Virus record (IMG/VR): IMGVR_UViG_3300044852_000063
Location: 1 to 64,000 of that record
DNA from: a virus
Lineage: Duplodnaviria; Caudoviricetes
Length of the DNA: 64,000 nt
Direction: 5' to 3' (one strand)
Shown here: positions 37,207 to 46,186 of the stretch, piece by piece
How the letters are laid out: each line of letters opens with the position of its first letter
Position numbering within the stretch: position 1 is the stretch's first letter
Position numbers and translations under genes: made by a program
Notes under the pieces: model-generated
What the model was told of the DNA's origin: nothing
Seen by the model: only the letters and a program-made list of their open reading frames with translations
Database searches by the model: none

Positions 37207-37611
37207 TTAAGCCAGGGTGATGATCAGCGAGCCGATCGGGAACGACAGCACGTCAGTTGGGTCCAGGGTCTTCGGGTTCAGCATCGAAGAGTGGTACAGC
37301 AGGTTGCCACCGTTCTGAGCATCGAAGATGCCCCAGTGAGTGACCGTCTTCTGCGCATCAACGATGGCAGGGAAGATCAAGTTACGGGTGTTCGAGCTGG
37401 AACCGTTGCTCGGTACGGTGAAGCCGTCGGATGCCACGGTTGCGTGCGCACGTTGACGCACATAACCGGAGTCAACCAGCTCAGAACCGGTGCCAGCGTC
37501 AGTTGGACTGTTGGTGAACAGCGCAACATAGACACCACCACCGGTGTAAGTGCCGCCCCGGAGGGTGGCAGTCAGCAGAGCAGCTTCAAGGTAGTCGGAA
37601 AAAGCAGACAT
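37207..37611 (-). CDS. virion/tail structural protein
   Basis: MSAFSDYLE...YVALFT...GYVRQ...THWGIFDAQNGGNLL; GGAGG RBS. Confidence 0.8.
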   Translation of the reverse strand: MSAFSDYLEAALLTATLRGGTYTGGGVYVALFTNSPTDAGTGSELVDSGYVRQRAHATVASDGFTVPSNGSSSNTRNLIFPAIVDAQKTVTHWGIFDAQNGGNLLYHSSMLNPKTLDPTDVLSFPIGSLIITLA

Positions 37612-37719
37612 AGAGACCCTCCAAGGGGTTATTGCAGGTTTAGGACGTCGTAACGGACGAGACACCCCCGTTATAGGGAGGGAGAATACGATACTGGCCC
37701 TTGGAGGTCGAGTTGAGTG

Positions 37720-38544
37720 TTATTGAACGCGGACTACAAGCAACTGAATGGGGTTAAGTGCCAACCATTTATTCAAAACTTCATCAGAAAGCATGCTGCT
37801 GCTGATCAGGGCATAGATTCCTTCCTCTGAATCTGCATCAGCACCTCCAACGGTGCACATCATTTGATTGCCGGCCAACCCAGCAGCAGTAAAGCCGAAT
37901 CGAACACTGACAAAGGGTGAGTAAGAGGTGTTGATCGCCTGCATTGGCAGGTTGGAGGCAATAAACCCGTACTGACCATTGGCTGTAAACGGCCATGGTG
38001 TGGTGTAGCTACGCCATTGCGGGTAATTGCCCATTGGATTCCAGGCAGTGATCACCTTCAGGATCTTCATAACCTGGGTTCCGCTGTCAAACGCCAGCCG
38101 CCCCAGTTCATCCCATACTCGAAGGCCGAACATCTCCGGTGAGTACTTCATCCCCTCACTGTTGGCCACCACCCAGTCCCATAAAGGCAAGTGAGATGGG
38201 GCTACCCAGTTGTAGTAATAGTTCACCACCTGACCCGGGTAGTTCTGCATGAAGCTGACGTCAAACCCTGTCCAGTTCCCGGCTCCGCCGGTGTGTTGAA
38301 ACGCATGCCAGTGGCCGTTGACATTGCCACGCGGCACAAAGGCCACGATCGGTGCGACTTGGCTGGTCACTGGGGTTGGATAACGCACCTGTACCCGCAC
38401 ACCATGGCGGTTGTCCGGGAATTGCTGACTGGCCGCCAGGTAGCCGCCGAACTGACCCCGTTGCAGCACTGCCAGGTTGATGTGGTCGGAATCGACCGTC
38501 ACTTTCCCGGCGTCATTGGAATAGCTGAAACCATACAAACTCAT
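37720..38544 (-). CDS. putative tail tip / receptor-binding protein
   Basis: FGLRVWDELGRLAFDS motif; lower GC than neighbours. Confidence 0.7.
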   Translation of the reverse strand: MSLYGFSYSNDAGKVTVDSDHINLAVLQRGQFGGYLAASQQFPDNRHGVRVQVRYPTPVTSQVAPIVAFVPRGNVNGHWHAFQHTGGAGNWTGFDVSFMQNYPGQVVNYYYNWVAPSHLPLWDWVVANSEGMKYSPEMFGLRVWDELGRLAFDSGTQVMKILKVITAWNPMGNYPQWRSYTTPWPFTANGQYGFIASNLPMQAINTSYSPFVSVRFGFTAAGLAGNQMMCTVGGADADSEEGIYALISSSMLSDEVLNKWLALNPIQLLVVRVQ

Positions 38545-38873
38545 GGGGCCACCAGGATCACGTCGACCGTGCCGTTGTAAGAAGAGCGGGACGCACCGTA
38601 CAACTGGATTGCCCCGTCAAGGACCCGCACCGAAGGAATGCTGGCGCGAGTCGAACGCTTGTTGCCGGTGTAGGTGCCCCAGGCTGTGTACGGCACCAGT
38701 GGCTGCACCAGGGCATACATGCCGGCCCGCGCCAGCGGAACGCTGATGGTCTGCACCTGGTTCGAGTTGCCCATGCGCACCTGCACTGTGGTGACAATGC
38801 GCATGGTTTCATCGACCCCGCTGAGGATCAGCTGGCCTTGGGCGTCCCAGACCTTGAGGCCGTATTCACTCAT
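38541..38873 (-). CDS. putative tail tip protein
   Basis: YGLKVWDAQGQLI; follows the J-like gene. Confidence 0.7.
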   Translation of the reverse strand: MSEYGLKVWDAQGQLILSGVDETMRIVTTVQVRMGNSNQVQTISVPLARAGMYALVQPLVPYTAWGTYTGNKRSTRASIPSVRVLDGAIQLYGASRSSYNGTVDVILVAP

Positions 38874-40147
38874 AACGACAGGTTCCCCAGCTGGACACGC
38901 AGCCGCCCGTTGGCGTCGAAAATCTTGATGTACTGGTTGGTCTGGCTCATGTAGCCGCCGCCCGGGATCGCCCCATTGGACTCGAAGCCGCCAGCGGTGG
39001 TCAGGCGCCAGCCGCGGTAACCGGGGATGTAGTCGATCGACTGGAGATCCCCGACTGAGAGGAACTGCGCCTGCACCTTGCCGTTCTGCACAATAAAGTT
39101 GCCGGCTTCGTCACGCAGCTTGCTGAACGTCAGCTTATTAATGACGGCGTCATCGATGAACACCTCGGAACCAGACACGATAAAAGGCTTGCGCTTGTTG
39201 GCCCCGGTGCGACCGATCCAGAACGTGTCCACGTCAAAGCCGGCCTGCACCTCTTTGACCACCCCGTCATCACTGGCGTAGATGCCGAAGCCTCCGACCA
39301 GGCCATTGGCCTGCACCTTGACCGACCACAAGGATTTCACTGCCGTCAAACCAGTGGACAGCTTGGTCACCGAGCTTTCCATGGTTTGCTGCACCGAGCT
39401 GATCGACTTCTCCAGGCTGGTCTGGGTGGTCTGGATCGACTTGGCCAAAGCGCTGTCAGCGGTGACCCGGGCTTGTTCTTCGGACTGCACGGCGGCATAG
39501 GCCTTCTCGAGGCCTTCGCCCATCTCCGCATACAGGGTGTTGACCGTGGACACAAAGGCCTCGTTGGCATTGGTCCGCGCCAGCACTTCCTGTTGCAGCA
39601 AGGCCCGGGTCTGCCCGCTGTGCGCCTGCACCTCGTTGAAGGCCACGCCCAGTTCATCATCCGCGGCATCTCGATCGAGCATCTCCTGGGTAATCGCCAG
39701 ACGGTTCAGTTCGATCTTGGCGATCTCGCCCTTGAGCGACTGCGCCAGATAACCGGCGTCAATCTTCGCCGTGAGCTGCTCGATCATCTGCGCAATTGGT
39801 GGCCGCCCGGTCGCCGAGACCGGCCCGACCACATCGCCATAGGTGGCGTTCACTGAGACCTGCTGAATCCAGTAGTAATACTGGATCGATGTCTCGCTCG
39901 TGACCTTGTCGTAGAAGAAGTTGCCCGCCACAATCGCGTGCCTTGCCGCGGCCAGGAAGTTGGGAGCCGTGGCCCGGAACAAAATCGTGTGCTGGACCGC
40001 CGCTGGATTGACAGCAGGGTAGTCCCACTCGATGTCAATGCCGCCGAACGCCGGTGTCGCCCGCAAGTTCAGACTGTTGCTCGGATCACCTGGCTTTGGC
40101 CCGGTCCACCCGCCTGTACCGCATACACCATCGACGCAAGTCGTCAT
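38870..40147 (-). CDS. tail tip / central fibre J-like protein (DUF1983-like C-terminus)
   Basis: FN3-like N-terminus, coiled coil, WSVKVQANG...PFIV...VFIDDAVI...LQSIDY...GWRL...RVQLG. Confidence 0.8.
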   Translation of the reverse strand: MTTCVDGVCGTGGWTGPKPGDPSNSLNLRATPAFGGIDIEWDYPAVNPAAVQHTILFRATAPNFLAAARHAIVAGNFFYDKVTSETSIQYYYWIQQVSVNATYGDVVGPVSATGRPPIAQMIEQLTAKIDAGYLAQSLKGEIAKIELNRLAITQEMLDRDAADDELGVAFNEVQAHSGQTRALLQQEVLARTNANEAFVSTVNTLYAEMGEGLEKAYAAVQSEEQARVTADSALAKSIQTTQTSLEKSISSVQQTMESSVTKLSTGLTAVKSLWSVKVQANGLVGGFGIYASDDGVVKEVQAGFDVDTFWIGRTGANKRKPFIVSGSEVFIDDAVINKLTFSKLRDEAGNFIVQNGKVQAQFLSVGDLQSIDYIPGYRGWRLTTAGGFESNGAIPGGGYMSQTNQYIKIFDANGRLRVQLGNLSL

Positions 40148-40215
40148 GAGTGTCCCCTGAACAGAATTAATAACCCGGCATTCTACATGCCAACCGCGTT
40201 GGAGCTGCTAATTAC

Positions 40216-40416
40216 ATGGCTGACCATGCTAGAACCCGCCGTCAACTCCCTCAACCCTCCGTTCATTCCTGCCCAAGCTGTAATAACCCGGTGCGCTGCG
40301 ACATTCAACAGGGTAAGTCCACCTGTTGGTGCTTCGGTGTGCAGGCTAAAGAGCAGGAACATGGGGACATCTGCGTCTGTAAAGCCTGTCTAACCTCTGG
40401 AAGACCCAAACCATGA
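40216..40416 (+). CDS. cysteine-rich CWC family protein
   Basis: CPSC...C...CWC...CVCKAC. Confidence 0.75.
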   Translation: MADHARTRRQLPQPSVHSCPSCNNPVRCDIQQGKSTCWCFGVQAKEQEHGDICVCKACLTSGRPKP

Positions 40417-41387
40417 AGCAATATCTGGAACTGTTGCACCTGGCCCTCGATCGGGGGCACTACAAAGAAGACCGTACTGGGACCGGCACCTATGGGGTGT
40501 TCGGTCACCAGATGCGTTTCGACCTGAAGGATGGTTTCCCGATGGTCACCACCAAGCGCGTGCCGTTCAAGGCCGTGCTCAGTGAGCTGCTCTGGTTTAT
40601 CAGCGGCTCGACCAACTGCAATGACCTCCGCGCCATCTTGCATGGCGAAGAGTTCCGCAACGACTGGTCGAAGAAGACCATCTGGGACGATAACGCCGCG
40701 GCTCAAGGCCAGGCACTGGGCTATGAAGACGGTGAACTGGGGCCGGTCTACGGTTCTCAGTGGCGCCGTTGGGCCAACAGTGACTACACCAAGGGCAGCA
40801 TTGACCAGCTGAGCCAGGCCATTGAAACCTTGAAGACCAATCCAGACAGCCGACGCATCATCGTCAGCGCCTGGAACCCGTCTGAGGTGGACAGCATGGC
40901 GTTACCGCCATGTCACGCCCTGTTCCAGTTCTTCAGTCGCAAACTGCGCATTGATGAACGGGTGAAGTGGCACCAGAAGCACAACGGCGGGCAGTTGGTC
41001 GGCGCAGTCGACAATCATGTGTTCCTTGGTCAGGTGCTGGACAAGCTGAACGTGCCTACCAGGGAGCTCAGCTGCCAGTTGTACCAACGCAGCTGCGATC
41101 TGTTCCTCGGTGTGCCGTTCAACATCGCCAGTTACGCGCTGCTGACGCACATGGTGGCCCAGGTTACTGGCCACAGTGTCGGTGACTTCGTCTGGACCGG
41201 CGGTGACTGCCACGTCTACGCCAACCATGTCGATCAAGTTAAGCTACAGTTGACTCGAGAGCCTCTTGAGTTGCCTTCACTGGTCATGAACTCCTACATC
41301 AAGGAGATTGACCAGTTCAAGATGCACGACTTCAACCTGATCAACTACAACCCACACGACGGTATCGCTGCTCCAATGGCGATCTAG
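40413..41387 (+). CDS. thyA: thymidylate synthase
   Basis: [43 protein letters not shown]. Confidence 0.97.
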   Translation: MKQYLELLHLALDRGHYKEDRTGTGTYGVFGHQMRFDLKDGFPMVTTKRVPFKAVLSELLWFISGSTNCNDLRAILHGEEFRNDWSKKTIWDDNAAAQGQALGYEDGELGPVYGSQWRRWANSDYTKGSIDQLSQAIETLKTNPDSRRIIVSAWNPSEVDSMALPPCHALFQFFSRKLRIDERVKWHQKHNGGQLVGAVDNHVFLGQVLDKLNVPTRELSCQLYQRSCDLFLGVPFNIASYALLTHMVAQVTGHSVGDFVWTGGDCHVYANHVDQVKLQLTREPLELPSLVMNSYIKEIDQFKMHDFNLINYNPHDGIAAPMAI

Positions 41388-41396
41388 GAGCTACAA

Positions 41397-41594
41397 GTGT
41401 CTTTCAAGATCAATGACTTGGTGAACAAGGTGACTGGCGACTACCAGATCAAGGGGATCGTCCGTTCAGTGTTCACCAAGTGCAACGGTGAAACCCGTCT
41501 GGTGGTGGAACACCGGGCAGAAGGCGGCGGGAGCTTCCTTCACATCTACGGACCCAGCAATCTTGTGTTGCTGACCGAGGATGACCAGGCGTAA
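41397..41594 (+). CDS. small SH3-like hypothetical protein
   Basis: AGGAG RBS, GTG start; KVTGDY...G...LVVE...LHIY. Confidence 0.7.
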   Translation: MSFKINDLVNKVTGDYQIKGIVRSVFTKCNGETRLVVEHRAEGGGSFLHIYGPSNLVLLTEDDQA

Positions 41595-41611
41595 TCTTGC
41601 GCCTCCAGTAG

Positions 41612-41659
41612 AGAGTCCAGTGCCTATACCCCTTCCAGTAGGCACTGGCTCTTTTTTTT
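41612..41659 (+). terminator. intrinsic terminator
   Basis: CCAGTGCCTA...TAGGCACTGG then T8. Confidence 0.8.
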
Positions 41660-41697
41660 GCTCAAAATTTAACCAATCACCCACAAGGGAACAACGA

Positions 41698-43923
41698 ATG
41701 AATCTGGAAACCATCGGTAAGCAAATGCTCAGCGAGAGCAAGTTCTACATGGGCTACTCGCGCTGGCAGGAGTCGGAACAGCGTTATGAAAGCTGGTCTG
41801 AATCCGTTGCACGGGTGATGGACATGCACCGCCAGAAGTACGCGGACAAGATGACCCCGGTTCTCGAGGCCAACATCCAATTCGCCCAGGACTTCTACGC
41901 GGATCAAGGCGTGTTGGGTGCGCAACGAGCGCTGCAATTCGGTGGTGAGCAACTGTTCAAGCACGAAGCACGCCTTTACAACTGCTCGTCGAGTCACGTC
42001 GACCGGGTGGCGTTCTTTCAGGAAGCCATGTACCTCCTGCTCTGCGGCTGTGGCGTGGGCTTCAGTGTGCAAACCCAGCACATCAGCCAGCTGCCAGTCA
42101 TGGCACCACGTCACAACGACAAGTCCAAGCTGTTCGTGATCCCGGACTCCATTGAAGGCTGGGCTGACGCCTTTGGCGTGCTGCTCTCCAGCTACTTCAG
42201 TGAAGGCCAGCCGTTCCCGGAATACGCTCACCACCATGTGGCCTTTGACTTCAGCCAGATCCGCCCGAAGGGTGCGTTCATCTCTGGTGGTTTCAAGGCC
42301 CCAGGTCCGGACGGTCTGCGAGCGGCCCTGGTCAAGTGTGAAGAGCTGATGGACCGCCTGGTCGCAGCCGACACACGCATGACGCCAATCGGCGCCTATG
42401 ACTTTGTCATGCACATGGCCGATGCCGTGCTCAGTGGGGGCGTGCGCCGCTCGGCGACCATCTGCCTGTTCTCGAAAGAGGACCAGGCCATGATGACTGC
42501 CAAGACCGGCAACTGGTTCGTCGAGAACCCGCAGCGCGGTCGCTCGAACAACTCGGTGATGCTACTGCGTGACGAAGTCACTCGGGAAGAATGGGCGGAG
42601 ATCATGAAGTCGGTGCGCCACTCCGGTGAGCCTGGCTTCATCTTCACCGACAACCTGGATCACGCCTACAACCCGTGCGTGGAGATCGGCATGCTGCCGG
42701 TGACCGCCGCCGGTGAGTCGGGCTTCCAGATGTGCAACCTGACCGAGATCAATGGCGCCAAGTGCACCACGGTCGAGAAGCTGCTGGACGCCTGCCGGGC
42801 TGGCGCCATCCTGGGCACGCTGCAAGCGGGCTACACCAACTTCACCTACCTGTCCAAGGCAACGCAACAGATCGTGGCGCGGGAGGCCCTGCTGGGCGTC
42901 AGCATCACCGGCTGGATGAACAGCCCGGACATCCTCTTCAAACCAGAGAATATGATCGCTGGGGCCGAAGTGGTGAAACAGGTGAACAAGGAGATCGCCG
43001 AGATGATCGGCATCAACGCCGCCGCCCGTACCACCTGTGCCAAGCCGTCAGGCAACGCCAGTGTGCTGCTGGGCACGGCGTCGGGGATTCACGGTGAGCA
43101 CTCGGCGCGCTACTTCCGTCATGTGCAGATGAGCGACACCGACAGCACGCTGCCCATGCTGCTGGAGAAGAATCCGTCGATGGTGGAGGACTCGGTATGG
43201 AGTGCCAACGGCACGGACAAGGTCGTGGCCTTCCCGATCATCAGCAAAGTTGGCTCGATCTTCAAATCCGACTTGCTCGGCGTGAAGCAGCTCGACTTCG
43301 TCAAGCTGGCGCAACAGTACTGGGTGGAGTACGGCACCAACCTGCACCTGTGCACGGATGAACGCCTGCGCCACAACATCTCCAACACCATCACGGTCGA
43401 CGACTGGGATGAAGTGGAGCAGTACATCTTCGACAACCGTCAATGGTTCGCGGGCATCTCGCTCATGGCCGGCGCCGGTGACAAGGCCTTCCCTCAGGCC
43501 CCGTTCACCGAAGTCCTGACCATGGAAGAGATCACGGCGCGCTACGGCGATGCCTCGCTGTTCGCCTCAGGGCTGATCGTCGATGGGCTCGATGCCTTCG
43601 ACAACAACCTGTGGAACGCCTGCAACACCGCGGTTGACCCGGACATGTACCCGTACCAGCCGAACAAGCGCACCTTGCTCTTGCAGAAGGACTGGGTACG
43701 TCGCGCCAACCAGTTCGCCAACAACTACTTTGGCGGCAACGTGGTGGAGATGACCTGCTGCCTGAAGGACGTCTACAACCTGCACAAGTGGAAGAACATC
43801 GAGCAGAAGCTGGTGCCGATCGACTTCGTCAAATCCATCAGCAAGCAGGAATACACCGACGTCAGCACCATGGGTGCGCAAGCCTGCGCCGGCGGCGTGT
43901 GTGACATCAGCTTGAAGATCTGA
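41698..43923 (+). CDS. nrdJ: class II (adenosylcobalamin-dependent) ribonucleotide reductase
   Basis: YNC, GCGVGFS, GGVRRSA, NPCVEI, CNLTEIN, KPSGN, C-terminal CAGGVC; no nrdB seen in the window. Confidence 0.85.
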   Translation: MNLETIGKQMLSESKFYMGYSRWQESEQRYESWSESVARVMDMHRQKYADKMTPVLEANIQFAQDFYADQGVLGAQRALQFGGEQLFKHEARLYNCSSSHVDRVAFFQEAMYLLLCGCGVGFSVQTQHISQLPVMAPRHNDKSKLFVIPDSIEGWADAFGVLLSSYFSEGQPFPEYAHHHVAFDFSQIRPKGAFISGGFKAPGPDGLRAALVKCEELMDRLVAADTRMTPIGAYDFVMHMADAVLSGGVRRSATICLFSKEDQAMMTAKTGNWFVENPQRGRSNNSVMLLRDEVTREEWAEIMKSVRHSGEPGFIFTDNLDHAYNPCVEIGMLPVTAAGESGFQMCNLTEINGAKCTTVEKLLDACRAGAILGTLQAGYTNFTYLSKATQQIVAREALLGVSITGWMNSPDILFKPENMIAGAEVVKQVNKEIAEMIGINAAARTTCAKPSGNASVLLGTASGIHGEHSARYFRHVQMSDTDSTLPMLLEKNPSMVEDSVWSANGTDKVVAFPIISKVGSIFKSDLLGVKQLDFVKLAQQYWVEYGTNLHLCTDERLRHNISNTITVDDWDEVEQYIFDNRQWFAGISLMAGAGDKAFPQAPFTEVLTMEEITARYGDASLFASGLIVDGLDAFDNNLWNACNTAVDPDMYPYQPNKRTLLLQKDWVRRANQFANNYFGGNVVEMTCCLKDVYNLHKWKNIEQKLVPIDFVKSISKQEYTDVSTMGAQACAGGVCDISLKI

Positions 43924-44000
43924 CCGTAGCGACTGGCCCGAGGCCAAAACCCCCCAGCCGTAGCGTAGCGAAGGCGCCCGGGGGTGGAGGCCGACGGTCA
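43921..44000. repeat. long imperfect hairpin A (inverted homologue of hairpin B)
   Basis: TGACCGT/ACGGTCA, GGCC/GGCC and ACCCCC/GGGGGT arms; apex contains AGCGTAGCG. Confidence 0.8.
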
Positions 44001-44080
44001 GGAGCGACTACAGACACCACCAGAGTACAGACGCCCTCCGGGCGTTTTTGCAGGAAAATAAACCTTCACTTACTCAACAC

Positions 44081-44170
44081 CGGGCTCTACGTCCCGGCGC
44101 CCCTGCCACCCCTGGCGGGCGCTCGCTGCGCTCGGCCCTTGGGGTACGGGGCTTGGGACTCCCGAGCCCG
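44081..44170. repeat. long imperfect hairpin B
   Basis: CGGGCTC/GAGCCCG, GTCCC/GGGAC, GCCCC/GGGGC, ACCCC/GGGGT and GGGC/GCCC arms; apex CTCGCTGCGCTCG. Confidence 0.8.
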
Positions 44171-44257
44171 ATCTGATCCACAGTGGGATCGGGGGAGGGA
44201 GTCCCCCTTATATAATACGACGTTCTGAGTTGATCACTTTTTAATCAGGTGAACTTC

Positions 44258-44716
44258 ATGAAAAAGCTCACGGTAGATGACATCCCAGTCCGGAATTACA
44301 GCATCGACGACCTGCCGACTCTGAAGGCCAGCCTGGGTAAAGCCAAAGTGGACAAGCTCCGCTATGCCGGACAGGAGGACAGCAGCAAGCTGGCCAACTC
44401 GAAGAACGTACCGAACACTGTCTTGCAGTTCATGCAGGACAAAGAGCCCGGTCAAGCCGGGTGCTGGGTCGACGACATCATTCAAGGTGTGGCTCGACTG
44501 GATCATCAAGCGACAAAGCACCGTTCACCTCCCCTGAGCGCGACTCGACTGTACTCCATCCTCCAGTGTGTGGAACTCATCAACACCCGGGAGCTGATGA
44601 AGATGCTGTCAGTGGATAAGCGTCAAGCTCAGAAGTACATGAAGGCCTGTCAGCTGATTATCACAGCGATTGAACGACACCTCAGCACAGTAGAAGACAG
44701 CAACCCTTCGGGTTGA
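44258..44716 (+). CDS. hypothetical protein with C-terminal HTH-like motif
   Basis: INTRELMKMLSVDKRQAQKYMKA; TATAAT at 44211 upstream. Confidence 0.7.
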   Translation: MKKLTVDDIPVRNYSIDDLPTLKASLGKAKVDKLRYAGQEDSSKLANSKNVPNTVLQFMQDKEPGQAGCWVDDIIQGVARLDHQATKHRSPPLSATRLYSILQCVELINTRELMKMLSVDKRQAQKYMKACQLIITAIERHLSTVEDSNPSG

Positions 44717-44787
44717 GTGGTGGTCGCTGGCGTTTTGTTCGTTCTGTTCTACCTTCAACAATCCATGTAACGGATTAAGGAATCACA

Positions 44788-45180
44788 ATGCGCGACTGCA
44801 AGACCATTAGCTGTGCGGGGAAGGTTGTTCACGGGCGGGAGGGGGACTTCTGCCTGGCATGTACCACCAATGGCAGTGCTGAGCAGGGGCTCTCCGAGCC
44901 CATTCGCGAAAATCGCGTGCTCCGCTTGTCTGAGCTCTATCCAAAGTACTTCAAACCAGTGACTGAACTGGATGAAGTCGATGTGTATCAGGTTCACGAG
45001 CTGTTCCAAGTGCAGGACTTCTCCGGCGCCATTCACCACGCCAGCAAGAAGCTCTTGCTCAGCGGTGTGCGCACCGGCGGCAAGTCCAAGTTCGATGACA
45101 TCCGCGAAGCGCGGGACACCCTCAACCGCTGGCTCGAAATTAACAAACCCCCAGCATCCCTGACACAGGTGGCTTCATGA
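44788..45180 (+). CDS. DUF3310 / T7 gp1.7-like (putative nucleotide kinase) protein
   Basis: VDVY...HASKKLL...G.R...K...DIREA...L. Confidence 0.55.
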   Translation: MRDCKTISCAGKVVHGREGDFCLACTTNGSAEQGLSEPIRENRVLRLSELYPKYFKPVTELDEVDVYQVHELFQVQDFSGAIHHASKKLLLSGVRTGGKSKFDDIREARDTLNRWLEINKPPASLTQVAS

Positions 45181-46172
45181 CTACGTTCTCCAACCGCGGC
45201 AACATTCCGTTGTCCTTGGCGGTGTACCTCGCCAGCGACAACTACGACTACAACACCGACCCGTTCACCATTTCGGTGACCACCCTGCTCAAACCAGTGC
45301 GCCAAGTCGTGCTGGCCGGCCGGGTGCCCCCAGAAGAAGGTGTCCAGGACATCGCTGGTTTGATCCAGGCCCGCATGGGCCAGGCCATCCACGATGCCAT
45401 CGAACGGGCGTGGACCGACAACCACAGCAAGTCGCTGACGGCGTTGGGCTACCCGGCCAAGGTCATCGACCTGGTGCGCATCAACCCCACCGACGAGGAA
45501 CTGGCGGCCAACCCCGACCTGATCCCGATCTACCTGGAGCAGCGCGCCAGTAAGAAGTTCGGCAAGTGGACGGTGTCCGGCAAGTTCGATTTCATTGGCG
45601 ACGGCCGAGTGGAAGATTTCAAGACCACCTCGACCTTTACCTGGACGGCGAACAACAAGGACGAGGACTACATTCTTCAGGGCTCGATGTATCGGGTGCT
45701 CAACCCGAAGAAGATCACCCAGGACGTCATGGCCATCCAGTTCATCTTCACGGACTGGTCGCCGCTGCGGGCTCGCACCGAGAAGAATTATCCGCCTACC
45801 CGTTCCGCCGAGCGGGTGCTAACCTTGCGCCCCCTCGCAGAGACCGAACGCTGGATCAACGAGCGCTTGGACCTGTTTGAACGCAACTGGGACCTGCCTC
45901 AGGAAGAGCTGCCGCTCTGCACTGACAAGGAGCTGTGGCGCTCCGACCCGGTCTACAAGTACTACAAAAACCCAGCCTCGGATAAACCCGGCGGCCGGAG
46001 CACGAAGAACTTCGACAACAAACACGACGCCCAAATTCGCCTGGTCGAAGACGGCAACGTGGGCATCGTCAAAGAAGTTCCGGGTTCTCCGACTGCCTGC
46101 AAATACTGCGCGGCCCTGCCGATCTGTGCCCAAGCTGCTGCCATGGTGGCTTCGGGGGATCTCGTACTGTAA
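45177..46172 (+). CDS. PD-(D/E)XK exonuclease (N4 gp42-like)
   Basis: SVTTLLKP, GQAIHD, SGKFD, EDFKTT, CKYC. Confidence 0.88.
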   Translation: MTTFSNRGNIPLSLAVYLASDNYDYNTDPFTISVTTLLKPVRQVVLAGRVPPEEGVQDIAGLIQARMGQAIHDAIERAWTDNHSKSLTALGYPAKVIDLVRINPTDEELAANPDLIPIYLEQRASKKFGKWTVSGKFDFIGDGRVEDFKTTSTFTWTANNKDEDYILQGSMYRVLNPKKITQDVMAIQFIFTDWSPLRARTEKNYPPTRSAERVLTLRPLAETERWINERLDLFERNWDLPQEELPLCTDKELWRSDPVYKYYKNPASDKPGGRSTKNFDNKHDAQIRLVEDGNVGIVKEVPGSPTACKYCAALPICAQAAAMVASGDLVL

Positions 46173-46186
46173 TCAAGGAGCCTCCC

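Noticed and set aside
41581-41697. N-terminal extension of NrdJ in the ORF track
   Set aside because: It runs through a terminator; the RBS supports ATG 41698.
43921-44230. CRISPR array or IS ends
   Set aside because: No regularly spaced direct repeats, cas genes or transposase; the structure is two inverted hairpins.
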